This document shows positions 49,422 to 62,068 of a DNA stretch of 64,000 nucleotides, piece after piece. Source of the stretch: Octopus vulgaris (Eukaryota); contig OX597814.1 of the NCBI GenBank assembly GCA_951406725.2, positions 205,158,001-205,222,000 of the forward strand. Direction: 5' to 3'. Position numbers and translations under genes: made by a program. Every line of letters begins with the position of its first letter. Positions within the stretch are counted from its first letter, which is position 1. Under the pieces are notes generated by a model. It was not told the DNA's origin. It did no database searches and worked only from the letters and a program-made list of their open reading frames with translations.

Positions 49422-50267
49422 TGAGAAAGAGAGAGAGAGTGAGAGAGAGAGTGAGAGAAAGAGAGAAGATATAGATGAGTGAAAGAAGGTGAGTAAATAG
49501 AGATTCAGGTTGCATAGACACACAGACACAAATGACTACCATACCCCCAACTAGAAAAACATGATTATAAGATTGCTAGTGAGGGTTGGTTACAGAAACA
49601 GTGATAAAAGGCACAGATGTAAGAATGTATGCTAAATATAGCTACTTATACAGTAGAGATATCAGTTCTAACGCTCGCAACTATCATTCTGCTTCTTTCT
49701 CTTATCATGTCTCAACATTCTTGAGAATTCAGAGAAGATAACAGCATCTACAGAGGCCTGAAGACAACTGAAAAGAATCCACAAAACCAAGTTGTTGTTC
49801 TCTTTCAAGTGAGTGCTAAATACCAACCAACAATTTAGAAAGATCATTCTTAGATTCTTTAATCCCTAAACTGTGTAGAAAAGGGGGGCAGATTTTAGAC
49901 CCTTTTGTTTTGTTAACACTGTGACATCATAACAGGTCATATTGATATGACAAGAGCTGACACGAGACCCTCAACATCAGTGATTCTCAGCTTAGAGGTT
50001 CTGGGATCATTTTGAAAGGGGTGGGAAGACAAGGTTTTTCACTTTTAAAATACGTAAGATAGGCGCAGGAGTGGCTGTGTGGTAAGTAGCTATGCTAACC
50101 AACCACATGGTTCCGGGATAATGACCACAGCATAACACCTACTGCCAAAAAATACCCCTCAAACCAGGAGTATTTCCACAAGAAAAGTATCAAATGTTGA
50201 TTTTATTACATTTTTGGATAAAAAAAGAAGAGGTATTGTGGCACATGATTGCTCAGCCTTATCTCCC

Positions 50268-50905
50268 TTAACTCTTTTGATACCAAATTGCCTGAGGCCA
50301 CCTTAGATCTATGATACAAGCTTCCTGTTTTAAAGAAATTTAAATTAAAACCTTCCATCAAAATTATATGATAAGTTATGTTCTAACCACTGCCTTCATA
50401 ATGACAAAGTTATTTTACAAAATTCATCATCATTTTCAAAATAAATTGATGCAAAGGCAGCATGTTTCATCAAAAATATGGCGCAGGAGTGGTTGTGTGG
50501 TAAGTAGCTTGTTTACCTACCACATGGTTCCGGGTTCAGTCCCACTGCGTGGCACCTTGGGCAAGTGTCTTCTACTATAGCCTCGGGCCGATCAAAGCCT
50601 TGTGAGTAGATTTGGTAGACGGAAATGAAAGAAGCCCGTCGTGTATATGAATATATATGTATATGCATGTATGTGTTTGTGTGTCTGTGTTTGTCCCCCT
50701 AGCATTGCTTGACAACCGATGCTGGTGTGTTTATGTCCCCGTTACTTAGCGGTTTGGCAAAAGAGACCGATAGAATAAGTACTGGGCTTACAAAAGAATA
50801 AGTCCCGGGGTCGAGTTGCTCGATTAAAGGCGGTGCTCCAGCATGGCCGCAATCAAATGATTGAAACAAGTAAAAGAGTAAAAGAGAGAGTAATAAAAGG
50901 GTTAA
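50268..50905. mobile_element. piggyBac-like MITE P1 interrupted by a full-length SINE C (50480-50890)
   Basis: ttaactcttttgatacc...aaaaatatg[SINE C]gtaataaaagggttaa. Confidence 0.75.
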
Positions 50906-51027
50906 ACCCCATACTACCATCTTAAAAGAAAAAAACATTGGCATATTCGATAGCCTTAGGTTTTACAAAGAAATGTTATGGTCTTGGGTGGATTGTTTTT
51001 GACCATTGGTTTGTAAGATCAGAGATG

Positions 51028-51274
51028 TGGCGGCACATGGCTTAGTGGTTAAGGTGTTGAACTCATGATCGTAAGGTTGTGGTTTTGATTTCTGGATTGG
51101 GCGATGCTTTGTGTTCTTGAGCAAAACACTTCATTTTCACGTTGCTCCAGTCCACTCAGCTGGCAAAAATGAGTAATCCTGCAACTGACCGGCGTCCCGT
51201 CCAGGTGGGGAATTTCTACACCACTGAAACTGGGAAACCGGCCCTTATGAACCTGGCATGGCTCAAGAAGGAAC
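51028..51274 (+). mobile_element. SINE, head E + tail V
   Basis: 13-bp TSD aagatcagagatg (51015-51027, 51275-51287); tail homologous to 19210-19315. Confidence 0.85.
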
Positions 51275-51794
51275 AAGATCAGAGATGATGTGGGCTAAAG
51301 AATAACAACTGAAACAGCAACAATAATTTCAACATTATAAATTTAACAGCAATGAGACAATGATAAAATCTTTATATGCTCGCTCAACCTGCTAGAAACA
51401 TCAGTTAAATTCCATACAAATAACATTTTACTAGCTTTAGAATAGAACATATTTGATATGCATAGTCATGGGTCAGCTTGATCAAGGTTGATCTGTGGCT
51501 AAACAACAACCACAATAACAATAACTTGACCAACTCAGTTTTTACCTTTAATATATCCAGCATCAAGAAAAACCAACACACACAAAACAATGTCAGTGGA
51601 CATTAGTACACCACAAGTAGTAAACCACTGAATGTTACAGTGCACCTTAGTCAGGGCTCTTAATGACAGAGTGGTGTGGTCTAGCTAGAGCAACCTTCCT
51701 TAAATGTTTATTAAGTAGACGACAGTATGATGTAACTAGAACAATGGATCAGTGAATCCTTTCTGGTCATTGGATTAACAACTCATAGAGAGAA

Positions 51795-52498
51795 CCTATA
51801 GAAGTGGTAGACCCAGGAAACCTGGGATGAGGTGGTGAAGCATAACCTTCGAACGTTGGGCCTCATAGAGGCAATGATGAGTGACCGAGACCTTTAGAGA
51901 TATGCTGTATTTAAGAAAACCTGGCAAGCCAAGTGTGACCATAATGTGGCCTGTGCCAGTGCAGCATAACATGCCCATTTAAGGGTGCTCTTCAATCATT
52001 AGACAATAGACGGTGCTTGTGAAGACCTGTTGAGTCAAGTGAAATCATTGTCATGGCTGATGCCAGTACCGCCTGACTGTGGCATGTAAAAGCACCATTT
52101 GAGCATGGTTGATGCCAGTGCCACCTGTCGGGTCCCATGCCAGAGGCACATAAAAAGCACTGTTTGAGCGTGGTCATTGCCAGTGCTGCCTAACTGACTC
52201 CAGTGCTGGTGGCACGTAAAAAGCACTAATCGAGCGTGGGTCATTGCCAGTGTCACCTGACTGGCTCCCATGCCAATAGCATGTAAAAAGCACCATTCAA
52301 GCATGGTCGATGCCAGTACGCCTGACTGGTTCTCGAGCTGGTAGCACATAAAAAGTAACCACTACACTCTCAGAGTAGTTGGCGTTAGGAAGGGCATCCA
52401 GCTGTAGAAACATTGCCAGATCAGATTGGAACCTAGTGCAGCCTTCTAGCTTGCCAGTCCTCAGTCAAACCGTCCAACCCATGCCATGATGATGATGA
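51795..52498 (+). mobile_element. RTE LINE 3' end with an expanded array of about 64-bp sub-repeats
   Basis: RSGRPRK..WDEVVKHNLRTLGL, then repeated ggca(c/t)(g/a)taaaaagcac units, then the family A terminus. Confidence 0.85.
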
Positions 52499-53638
52499 CG
52501 TGTCATTGTGAAGGTTGTGAAGAAAGCCTCTAAGTAGTGACTTGACCTCCTCCAGGAAGGACATATGGAAGGTATTCTGAGATATACAAGATGTGATAGT
52601 CTTGACTGGAAAGTCTTTGATCATAGGTCTGCTCAGTCAGGATTTTACTTGGGGTTAAACAATACTAATACATACACAACAACAAAGCTATGAAGCAAAG
52701 GTTATTATTTTTACATAAACTAAGAAAACATCAAATAATAACCAGCTCTAAATTATTGGTTTCATTTCACAAAAACACAAGATATTAGACATATAACAGA
52801 AGCTATGGTCTGTGTGTTCATTTAATCATCAAATATTCTTATTTTTATACCGGTAAGTGGTTTGGCACCAAGAGAAGTGAGCCACACCAGACATGCTGGT
52901 GCCACTTCACTGTTCTGATTTTAATTCATACCACATTCAGTTTTATTTCTACCTGTCGGATTTAGTGTATATGTACTTATAACATACTGAGGATAATTCA
53001 TTCAACCATTTTCCTTCCCTAAACAAAAATTAACCTACATTAGACTGGATTAAAAACAAAATACATAAATAGAAAAAAAACCCATTCAAATATCTAGGGT
53101 CATGGTTCCAGCTGGATGGAGCAATACTTTGTATTATCTTGTCTATCTGGTAGTTATCTATTGATCTAGCAGCCCCTCTATCAGTCTGCCTATCGTTCTA
53201 TCTCTCTATCTGTCTGTATTTGTCCATACTTTGTTTATTCAAGTAAAGCCATATATAATTCAAGTAAACTGCTAAAGTATTTGGCATCAATTACTTATAA
53301 ATATGTACAAAATATACAATATTACAATAATTTTGGCATAAGGCTAGCAGTTTTGTGGGGAGGGAGTAAGTGATTACATCGACCCCAAAAGGACGAAAGG
53401 CAAAGATGACCATGGTGGAATTTGAACTCAGAATGCAAAGACAGATGAAAGGCTGTCAAGCATTTTGTCAGGTGTGCTAATGATTCTACCAGCTTGCCAC
53501 TTTAAATGTTACCATAATATTAGCAAAACAAAGGCATCACACCTTTCACAAATGAATTGGCTTAATTATTTCCATTATTTGAGAAATGTGATCAACACAT
53601 TTGCAAGGTTTGTCCCTGTAGCAGCTGCCAAATCATAA

Positions 53639-54029
53639 TCTATATATATAAAGCTGAAGTTGTCTGTGTGTGGCAGGTTTGGTAGCCTTCAACTAACACT
53701 ATCTCCTCCAAGACCCTGCGGCGCAAGTTGACCAAAATTATGAGTATGATAGAAGAAGGCTTGCTCTTCATTCCGTAGAAGATAAAATTCAAATCGGACC
53801 ATGTTAACACCAAAAATTATTTACATCAAAAAGGTGCTTTTTTCTATGAAAATCCCTATTTTTTACGATTTTTTTTTACTGCTGTGTCGCCATTTTTCGG
53901 TGTATTTCAACCAGAAAAATGTTCACTTAAAGAGAATAACAAGCTACATAATGCAAAATTTTTACTTTACAAAAATTCCAATTCTAAAGGGTCGAAACAA
54001 ACCTGAGCAACACCGGGTAATACTGCTAG
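53639..54029 (+). mobile_element. non-autonomous Helitron
   Basis: A|TC 5' end, subterminal GC hairpin acctgagcaacaccgggt, CTAG|T 3' end, no TSD. Confidence 0.85.
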
Positions 54030-54042
54030 TTTTAAATAAAGT

Positions 54043-54410
54043 GACACTGGTGGCTGTGTTGTTAAGAAGCTTGCTTCCCAGCCACGTAGCTTAAGGTTCA
54101 GTCCCATTGTGCAGCACCTTCTGCAATTGTTTTGTACTATAGCTCTGGTTCAGCCAAAACCTTATGCGTGGATTTGATAGATGGAAACTGAAAAGACAGC
54201 TGTTGCGCACACGCTAGCGCATGTGTGTGTGTGTGTGTGTGAGACAACATGTGATGGTTGTTAGCAAGTAATGTTGTTCATTTTGAACCTGCCATTAAAG
54301 CCATGTCTGCCATGATCCTGTTCATCCAAACCAAGATTGTTAATCAATTCCAACCATTACAACATCAACATATGGTGGTGCCCCAGCATGGCTGCGGCCT
54401 TCGGGCTAAA
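54043..54410 (+). mobile_element. decayed SINE family C
   Basis: ggctgtgttgttaagaagcttgcttccc..ggaaactgaaa..ggtggtgccccagcatggctgc. Confidence 0.65.
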
Positions 54411-54434
54411 ACATTTTTAAGGATTTATATGATA

Positions 54435-55166
54435 CTAGCAGTATCGCCCGGCGTTGCTCGGGTTTGTAAGGGAAATAACTATATAAGCATTTTTAGAGAG
54501 TTATAGCCAAAAAATAGCAAAAAAATGCATTAAAAATGAAAAAAAAATGATGGTAATTTTTTTTTAAATCGTTGACTCATCGTAGACATTTTTAGAGAGT
54601 TACTTCCCTCTTATATAATAGCGAAAAAATGCATTAAAATGGAAAAAAATGATGGTAAATTTTTTTTTAAATCGTAGACTCATGCTAATACCCAGAAGGG
54701 CTCGATATGAATCACGACTATAAGATACCCGGTTTTGGTTAAACTGCACCGCAAAATGTGGGAGTAGTTAGGAATCTAAATCGTAGGAGACAGACACACA
54801 ACTTCACTTTTATATATAAAGAAGACTAGCAGTATCGCCCGGCGTTGCTCGGGTTTGTAAGGGAAATAACTATATAAGCATTTTTAGAGATGTAAAGTAT
54901 AATAGCCATCTCAATATGGCTAACCACAAAGGGGGGGGGTGTTACTGTAGCGTTTTACATTCTGAGATTTAATAATAAAATTTTAGAGAGTTACTTCCCT
55001 TATATATGCCAAAAATCGATGGTAAATTTTTTTAAAAATCATAGACTCATCGTAGACGCGCGCTAATACCCAGAAGGGCTCGATATGAATCACGACTAAA
55101 TGTGGGAGTAGTTAGGAATCTAAATCGTAGGAGACAGACACAGAACCTCTCTTTTATATATAAAGA
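54435..55166 (-). mobile_element. two head-to-tail non-autonomous Helitrons (54435-54825, 54826-55166)
   Basis: each has a minus-strand 5' TC..tatatataaaag and a 3' cccgagcaacgccgggcgatactgCTAG; outer flanks are A and T. Confidence 0.88.
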
Positions 55167-55244
55167 TTTCAGCTTCCTTTACATAATAATATTTCATAAT
55201 CAAATGCTGACATTTTTAAGGTCTGTCTCATAATACAGGAAGGT

Positions 55245-55622
55245 TTTACTTTTGATAAAGCGCAAATGTTGGTAAAGCAACACCTGGTGGTCTATGATTT
55301 AAAACAAAGGTATTTTATTTCTTTTTTCATTATTCTAAAGATTAATTGAAACAAAAGCAGTGTAGTTGGAAAGAAATATGGTAATAAAAGGGTTAACCCT
55401 TTAGTGTTTGCATTATTCTGCCAAAACTAATGCTTTTTTAATCCTCATTGTTTTGAACTAATCATGTATTATCTTATAGCTATGAGATTCTGATGAGGTA
55501 GCAGTTAATTTTTAAAACAATAGTGTAGGGTTGGTGTGAGAGACCAGATCTGGCTAGTTTGAACATAAAACAGGCAGAATACTTTTGGCCGGATATGGCC
55601 GGTTTAAATGCTAAAGGGTTAA
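55245..55622. mobile_element. piggyBac-like MITEs P1 (partial) and P2 sharing one TTAA
   Basis: ..ggtaataaaagggTTAAccctttagtg..gctaaagggTTAA. Confidence 0.75.
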
Positions 55623-56044
55623 ACTTCTTGGATTATTTAATTAAAGATATTCTTATGCTCAAATAATGCTCATACCAATGTTTGCATACCATCTATGAAT
55701 CTCATTTGAATTATATCAGCTTCTACACCACAGGTTCTCAACTGGTGTGCTGAGGCACTCTTGGGTGCTGGGAATTGTATATATGTCTGTGGTATCATGA
55801 CTGATCATTTAGAGTCAAAAATACATTTTGATACTATTTTAACAAAAAATATTACTGTCATCTGATTTAATGTGGCTATCAAATATGGTAAGGCTTAAAT
55901 GTAATGCTCTGTTGCTTCATTAAAAATGAAATGACTTCAGAGCACTAACAATGTTTTTGTCAAAAGCTGCTGTGATGGCAAGGTGAAAGTTTTTCTAAAC
56001 CTCTGGCATAATATCTGTGCCTCCACAATAGATATAGATATATA

Positions 56045-56084
<40 letters not shown>

Positions 56085-56343
56085 GATGAAACCATAGCGA
56101 CTGAAGAAGGGTTTTTTTCTTTGTGTTAATTGTCCTGTACTCTATTTTTTTGTTGTTTAAAAAAATGTCCATTTCCTTTGGTTTGTGTCTATGTTTTCGT
56201 TTCTCATTGTGTTCGACGTCCTTTTGGTGTCCTGTACTCATATATGTGTGTATATGTACATGTAGAGGTAGGTACGTACATATATGTTTATATATATGCA
56301 TATGTTTTATTTTTATTTATTAATATATATACATATATATACA

Positions 56344-57572
56344 TACAAGGTGATATTAAAAAGTTCTTGGCCTAGTTATGTTTAGCACAAAAATAACTTA
56401 TTTACCTCAGTTTTAACATCATCTCCTTTGAAATAGTCACCTTGCCTAGCAATACACCAGTTCCAGTGTTCCTCCCACTTTTGGAATCCAGTCTGGAAGT
56501 TGTCTTTCATAAGCAAGTTGAGGACCTTCTGTGATTCACTCTGGATCTTGATAAAGATGTTAAAATCATGTGTGGATAGGATACTGAATGCAGTTTTGCT
56601 GAAGGACAGGAAGCCGAAACCAAGAAGCCAAACAGACACAATGCCAAACGGACATAAAGCCAATTGAACACAATGCCGAATGGACATAAAGCCAATTGAA
56701 CACAATGCCGAATGGACACAATAATAAAAAAAAAAATTCCTGCCAACATAGTTTAATGAACAATTCCTCAATTTGGCACTTAAGATTTAACGAGATTAAA
56801 TTTTAATTTTCTTATGTCTTTTTGGCATCTTGTCCATTTGACTTTATGTCTGTTCGGCTTCTTGGCTTTGGCAAAAGTGCATTCAGCATCCAGTCCGTGT
56901 AACATTAAAATGGTGACCTTTGAGCTGCATTTTCATCTTGGGGAAGAGATGGAAGTCCACTGGTGCTAAATCTGGTGAATAGGGCAGGTGCAGAGTGCAG
57001 AAGCTATACCCCATGTTGGTTTTGGAGAGAAACTCAGGAGTGAGAACTCAGTGAAAAGGTGCATTGTCATTGTGAAGGATCTAATTCTTTGCACTGCACA
57101 GATTTGGTCATTTTTGCAGAATGTCCTTGAAACACTTCAAAACGTCACAGCAGAACTCTTGGTTGATGGTCTGGCCCTGGGGGATGAATTCTCAATGCAC
57201 ATTACCGGGGGTGACACTTGTGGCAGGTCTTCCAGGGACATTCTGCTTTAGAAGCACCTGTGCCACTCGAAACATTGCATATGACCCATTGCCTCATTGC
57301 TGTAAACTTGCTGAAGCATGTTCAACGTCTCTGTAACAGACTTCCCAAATTTAATGCAAGATTTCACATTGGCACTTTGTTCCATCTTCCTGACTATGAC
57401 AAAAATCGCAGACTACGGCAAACTCTACTCATGATCACAAAAAAACAAATTGTCACTTGTCACATTGCCTCATGAAGGTCACTGCTAGCTCTCACTGTAC
57501 AAGCAACTGTGTGCTGCCATCTATTGGCAGGCTACAGATCTAGTCTGGGGAACTTTTTGATACCACCTCGTA
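56344..57572 (-). mobile_element. internally deleted mariner transposon with a nested TIR element (about 56574-56896)
   Basis: TA-flanked TIRs caaggtgatattaaaaagtt / aactttttgataccacctcg; MEQSANVKSCIKFGKSVTET, ILHNDNAPFH, PYSPDLAPVDFHLFPKMK, FQKWEEHWNWCIARQGDYF. Confidence 0.92.
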
Positions 57573-58193
57573 CATTGAAGAATAATGTTATTGCAAGTTA
57601 AATTCACCTTGTAGATCATCCAATACAGAATCTGATAGAAATTCTGTACTATGTTCTTTTAAAGGTCAAAATGTAATTTGACAGTTTGTTGCACTTCTGT
57701 ATTTCTGAAGGAAGACATGCAGTTGAAGCAACTTTGTTTGAATTTACCTTCCAACGTAGCTACATAGTGTTTAATACACACCTGTGTTTAGGTTTGGTGG
57801 GGTACAGATGACCTTTGCCTTGTAATAATTTCCAAACACTAACTTGCTAAAATAGTTGATTTCACACAGAATGGATTAATTGTACTTTGGAATATGGCCT
57901 TGCATTGAAAAACAAAATAACCTCCCCACCCACATTAAGAAAACAAAGAATAAGAGAAAATCATTCAGTTTCTCATCAACAGTGACTACATAAACAGGAG
58001 CAACATCCTTACTCGTGTTTATACACATGAGACTAAATACATGAAAATACCACATGTTTTGGCATGTAAATAGGTGAATATATCATGTGTTCTGCACACA
58101 ACAATTGAATAGATGAATGTGTGATGTATTCGGTAATGAAATTTTTGGCAACAAATCAAATCACGATGACTAAATGTATTTCAATATGTCTTT

Positions 58194-58697
58194 AGGGTGG
58201 TGAGTTGGCAGAGTTGTTTTTGTGCTGGAAAGAAATATTTAGTAGCATTTCTTCTGACTTTTGGGTTCAATAAAATAAGTACCAGTTGAGCACTGGGGTT
58301 AATGTAATTAACTTACCCCTTCTCCTGAACTTGCTGTCCTTGTGCCAAAATTTAAAATCAATATGTTTATATATATTTTTTGCATATCTATTGTCACTTT
58401 GAGTCCCTTCTTTAATCATATGGACAAACAGCAACATGAAACCCAGGGTAACAATTCAAGAAGCTTCAGATTCTGACAACACTAACAGTAATTGTATTTG
58501 ATTTATGCACAAGGCCAACAATTTTGGGGAGAATGGATTTAGTTGATTACATTGCCCCAAGTACTTGGCTGGTACTTTATTTTATCAGTCATAAAAGGAT
58601 GAAAGCAAAATTGACCCTGGTGGAATTCGAACTCAGAGCACACAGAATTGGAACAAATACATTTTATCTAAAACTCTGATGACTGCCAATTTGCCTG
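58194..58697. mobile_element. convergent SINE B pair (+ 58194-58360; - 58500-58697)
   Basis: core motif on opposite strands. Confidence 0.7.
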
Positions 58698-58749
58698 TAT
58701 GCATGCATGCATGCATGTATATATATATATGATGGACTCTCCTGTTAAA

Positions 58750-59019
58750 GATGATGTGTGAGCATTCAGCTTTTGTCAAACAACCTGCACAAATGATTTG
58801 TTTATAGGGATCGAATACTTGTGCCACACATTAGCTCAATCCCTCCATCAAATGAAGGTTGTCTGAACAGGTGCACGGTGTACCATGCATCAGAAGTTGA
58901 AGTGATCACACATCAATGCGAGATGAAGTGTTTTGCTCAAGAACCACCCGATCTAGTAATTGAAATCACGATCTTTAGATTGTAAATGCAACACCCTAAC
59001 CACTAGGCCATGCACCCTC
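58750..59019 (-). mobile_element. SINE, head E-like + another tail (W)
   Basis: reverse complement gagggtgcatggcctagtggttagggtg..ttcttgagcaaaacacttc. Confidence 0.65.
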
Positions 59020-59635
59020 ACACATTTATATATACATACACACATGGCTGTGGGGTGTTAGGTTTACATCCCTACCATGAGGTGTACCTTTGAACTTCAT
59101 TTCCCAGCTCATCTAGCTGTAGTGATAAAACATAGAATGCACATCAATCAATCAATCAATCTATTTTTCTATCAATCTATGATTTGGAAAGTTATAAAAT
59201 ATTGGAAAGTAAATGTGAAATAATAGGTGGTTTAAATAATAATATAATAATAATGAACTTATTATATACAGTGCTCAGGCACACTACAACTCATCAGAAA
59301 AAGTAACAAAACTGCATTAGAGATAGTATTTGACAAAAACTGTATAGTGTTGTGGTATTGGGTGGCAGATGTCTGTGGTGGAAGGAATATGAGAAATGAG
59401 AGAAAGAAAGAGAGAAAGATGAAGGTAGAGAAAAGGATAAAGAAAGAAAGAAAGAGAAAGACTGAAAGGATAAAGAGAAGACAGTTTGGTGACAAAAGAC
59501 TGGCCAGCTGTAGCAGGAGAAAAAAAAAAATGAATGAAGAGAGAATTAGATGAGAGTGAATACAAGAGATGAGCAAAATAATATAGAAATGAAATAAGAG
59601 GCAAGAAGTGTACAAGCTAATTGTTAAATATTGTT

Positions 59636-59842
59636 TTTTACTCTAGGCACAAAGCCCAAAATTTTTGGGGAGCAGGGTCAGTCAATTAGATTGACACCAG
59701 TATGCAACTGGTACTTAATTTATCGACCCCCAAATGGATGAAAGGCAAAGTCGACCTCAGCAGAATTTGAACTCAAAATGTAAAGACAGATGCAATACCA
59801 CTATGCATTTCGCCCAGTGTACTAATGTTTCTGCCAGCTCAC
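59636..59842 (-). mobile_element. SINE family B
   Basis: head and core motifs; approximate TSD aat(tg/ga)ttaaatatt. Confidence 0.8.
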
Positions 59843-60759
59843 AGCCTTCTAATGATTAAATATTATATGTCTCAGAGGGCTGAGAAGGCTAGGAGCTCAG
59901 TACATGATTCTGGAACAAGATTTCTCAGACATTTTTTCCCAAAGTACCCATCCATCATGTCCAGCGGTGCTGGTGAGAAATAAATCATTAAGTGGTTGGA
60001 CACCATTTCATATGTACTATAAAACAGACAATGTATAACTTGCATAATTTGTTCTTAATTACATTTGGAAGTTAACACTTCCTAACATCATTTTTGATAA
60101 AGTTATATTTTTTTATAAAGCGATGCACCGTAGAGAAGTATTTGGTTGTGATTACTTCAAAATTCTAGTGTTTTTACAAATCTCATGCATCTCTGTTATT
60201 TTCCTAGTAAACCCCAATTTGAGAACCCCTGCTCTAGTAAAAAATATCACTGTGTAAAAACTGATATAGGTTTATAAGAATATAAACTAGTAGTAGAAAT
60301 ATTTTAAAGTATAAGGCAAGGGAGGTTACTGTATTTTTTTAAAGTAAGTGTAATGAAATTAAGTAAACAGTTAATCCCCTTCCATCTCATTCCATTCCCC
60401 TAAATATTACATGGAATATCTCATACAATAAGCTGAGAAGTCTGTGAAAAGAAGGAGTTGGAATGTCTTAAAATAAAAGAAGAAGAATCCTGTCTACTAA
60501 TGGCACAGGGCCTGAAATTTGGGGGTAGGGGTTAGTCGATTACATTGACCCTAGTTCTCAACTGGTACGTATTTAATCGGCCCTGAAATGATGAAAAGCA
60601 AAGTTGACCTCAGCAGAATTTGAACACAGAACATAAAGATGAACAAAATAATAATAATAATGATAATAATAATAATAAATGTGATAATACTACTACTACT
60701 ACTAATAATAATAATAATGATGATGATGATGATGATGATGATAATACTGACTGCTAACA

Positions 60760-61062
60760 GAATAAATTGTAAGACTGTGAGAAACGAGGAGAGTAACTGT
60801 TATCCCAGTAGTCGTAGGGGCACTCAGAGCATCAACAACCAGCTTGGGAGAGATTGGAATTGACAAGATGGCAAAGCAGGCCCAAAAAACTGCACTATTG
60901 GGGTCAAGTAAATTTTTGAGATTGGTTCTTGGGTGTTGAGTGTCTTCCGCAATAAGTTAACGTCCAAGTACAAAAAGCTTATGGTTTGTGGGAAGAGACC
61001 CTGTGAGACCTCTGACAACAGAATCAACCAAAGCAAGCAAGACCGAGAGCTCTGAGAAGTGA
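60760..61062 (+). mobile_element. 3' end of an RLE-type non-LTR retrotransposon
   Basis: RVTVIPVVVGALRAS..LGEIGID..AQKTALLGSSKFLRLVLG; preceded by (TAA)/(TGA)n, followed by (CAA)n. Confidence 0.7.
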
Positions 61063-61629
61063 AACAACAACAACAATATTGGATTATTGCTGGAATGTAA
61101 GTTCAGCTTAGAAACTTTAAAATGCTCCTTTCTAAACAAATTATTTAAACCATTTGACACAGAATCTAATTTTAGTATTTGAAACATCTATTTGAAAAAG
61201 ATTTACATAAATTTAACAATCTTTAAAATAGAAACTAATAATACTCAAAAATTCCTACTCCATTTTGGTACACAACATGACAAAAGGACAGAAAAGATTA
61301 TGAACCCATCTACTCAACATTTGGGGCATTTTTATCCAACATCATAATAAAATTATACAAAAATATATATAACAACACATTTAATTACTTCAATTCAGAA
61401 GCTAAAGTGATTGTATGTAGTTTAAAACTTGTTAATGTCTTCATCAGTATGGAAACCTTATTCTACCTTCAAGGATCAGAAAACAAAACTAAGTCAATTA
61501 AAGTTGGATTGATAGCAAAAACTTTTGAAAACTACAGATTCCAGATTACCACTATGGAAAAAGTGTATTTCAGTTATAAATTGTTTCAGTAACATCAATA
61601 GTAAACATTAAAAATTTCTATAGTTTGAT

Positions 61630-62068
61630 ATCAGGAATTGCAAAACCATTCCTCCAAAGTACACTGGACAAAATGCCTAATGACATTTTGCCCATCTTTA
61701 TGGTTTGAGTTCAAATTCTACTGAGGTCGACTTCACCTTTAATTTTTTCAGGGTTGATAAAATAAATACCAGCCATATACTGGAGTCAATGTAATTAACA
61801 TATCCCCTCTCTCCCTGACCTTTCTGACCTTGAGCCAAAATTTGAAATCAGTAGTATGCAACATGTAAGGCAGCAACATGGCAGAGTGATTTGGACACTG
61901 GGCCAATTGCTTAGTGGCATTTCATCCATCTTTAGGTTGTGAGTTCAGATTTTGCCTTTCATTCTTTCTGGGTCAATAAACGAAGTACCAGTTGAATACT
62001 GGGGTTGATGTAATTGTCTTCTCCTTTCCCTGATACTGCTGGCTTTGTGCCAAAATTTAAACCAACAT
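61630..62068 (+). mobile_element. tandem decayed SINE B copies
   Basis: core motif present twice. Confidence 0.65.

Noticed and set aside
52070-52360. Regularly spaced conserved cores resembling a CRISPR array
   Set aside because: The intervening segments are homologous to each other, the array lies in an RTE 3' UTR, and there are no cas genes in this eukaryotic DNA
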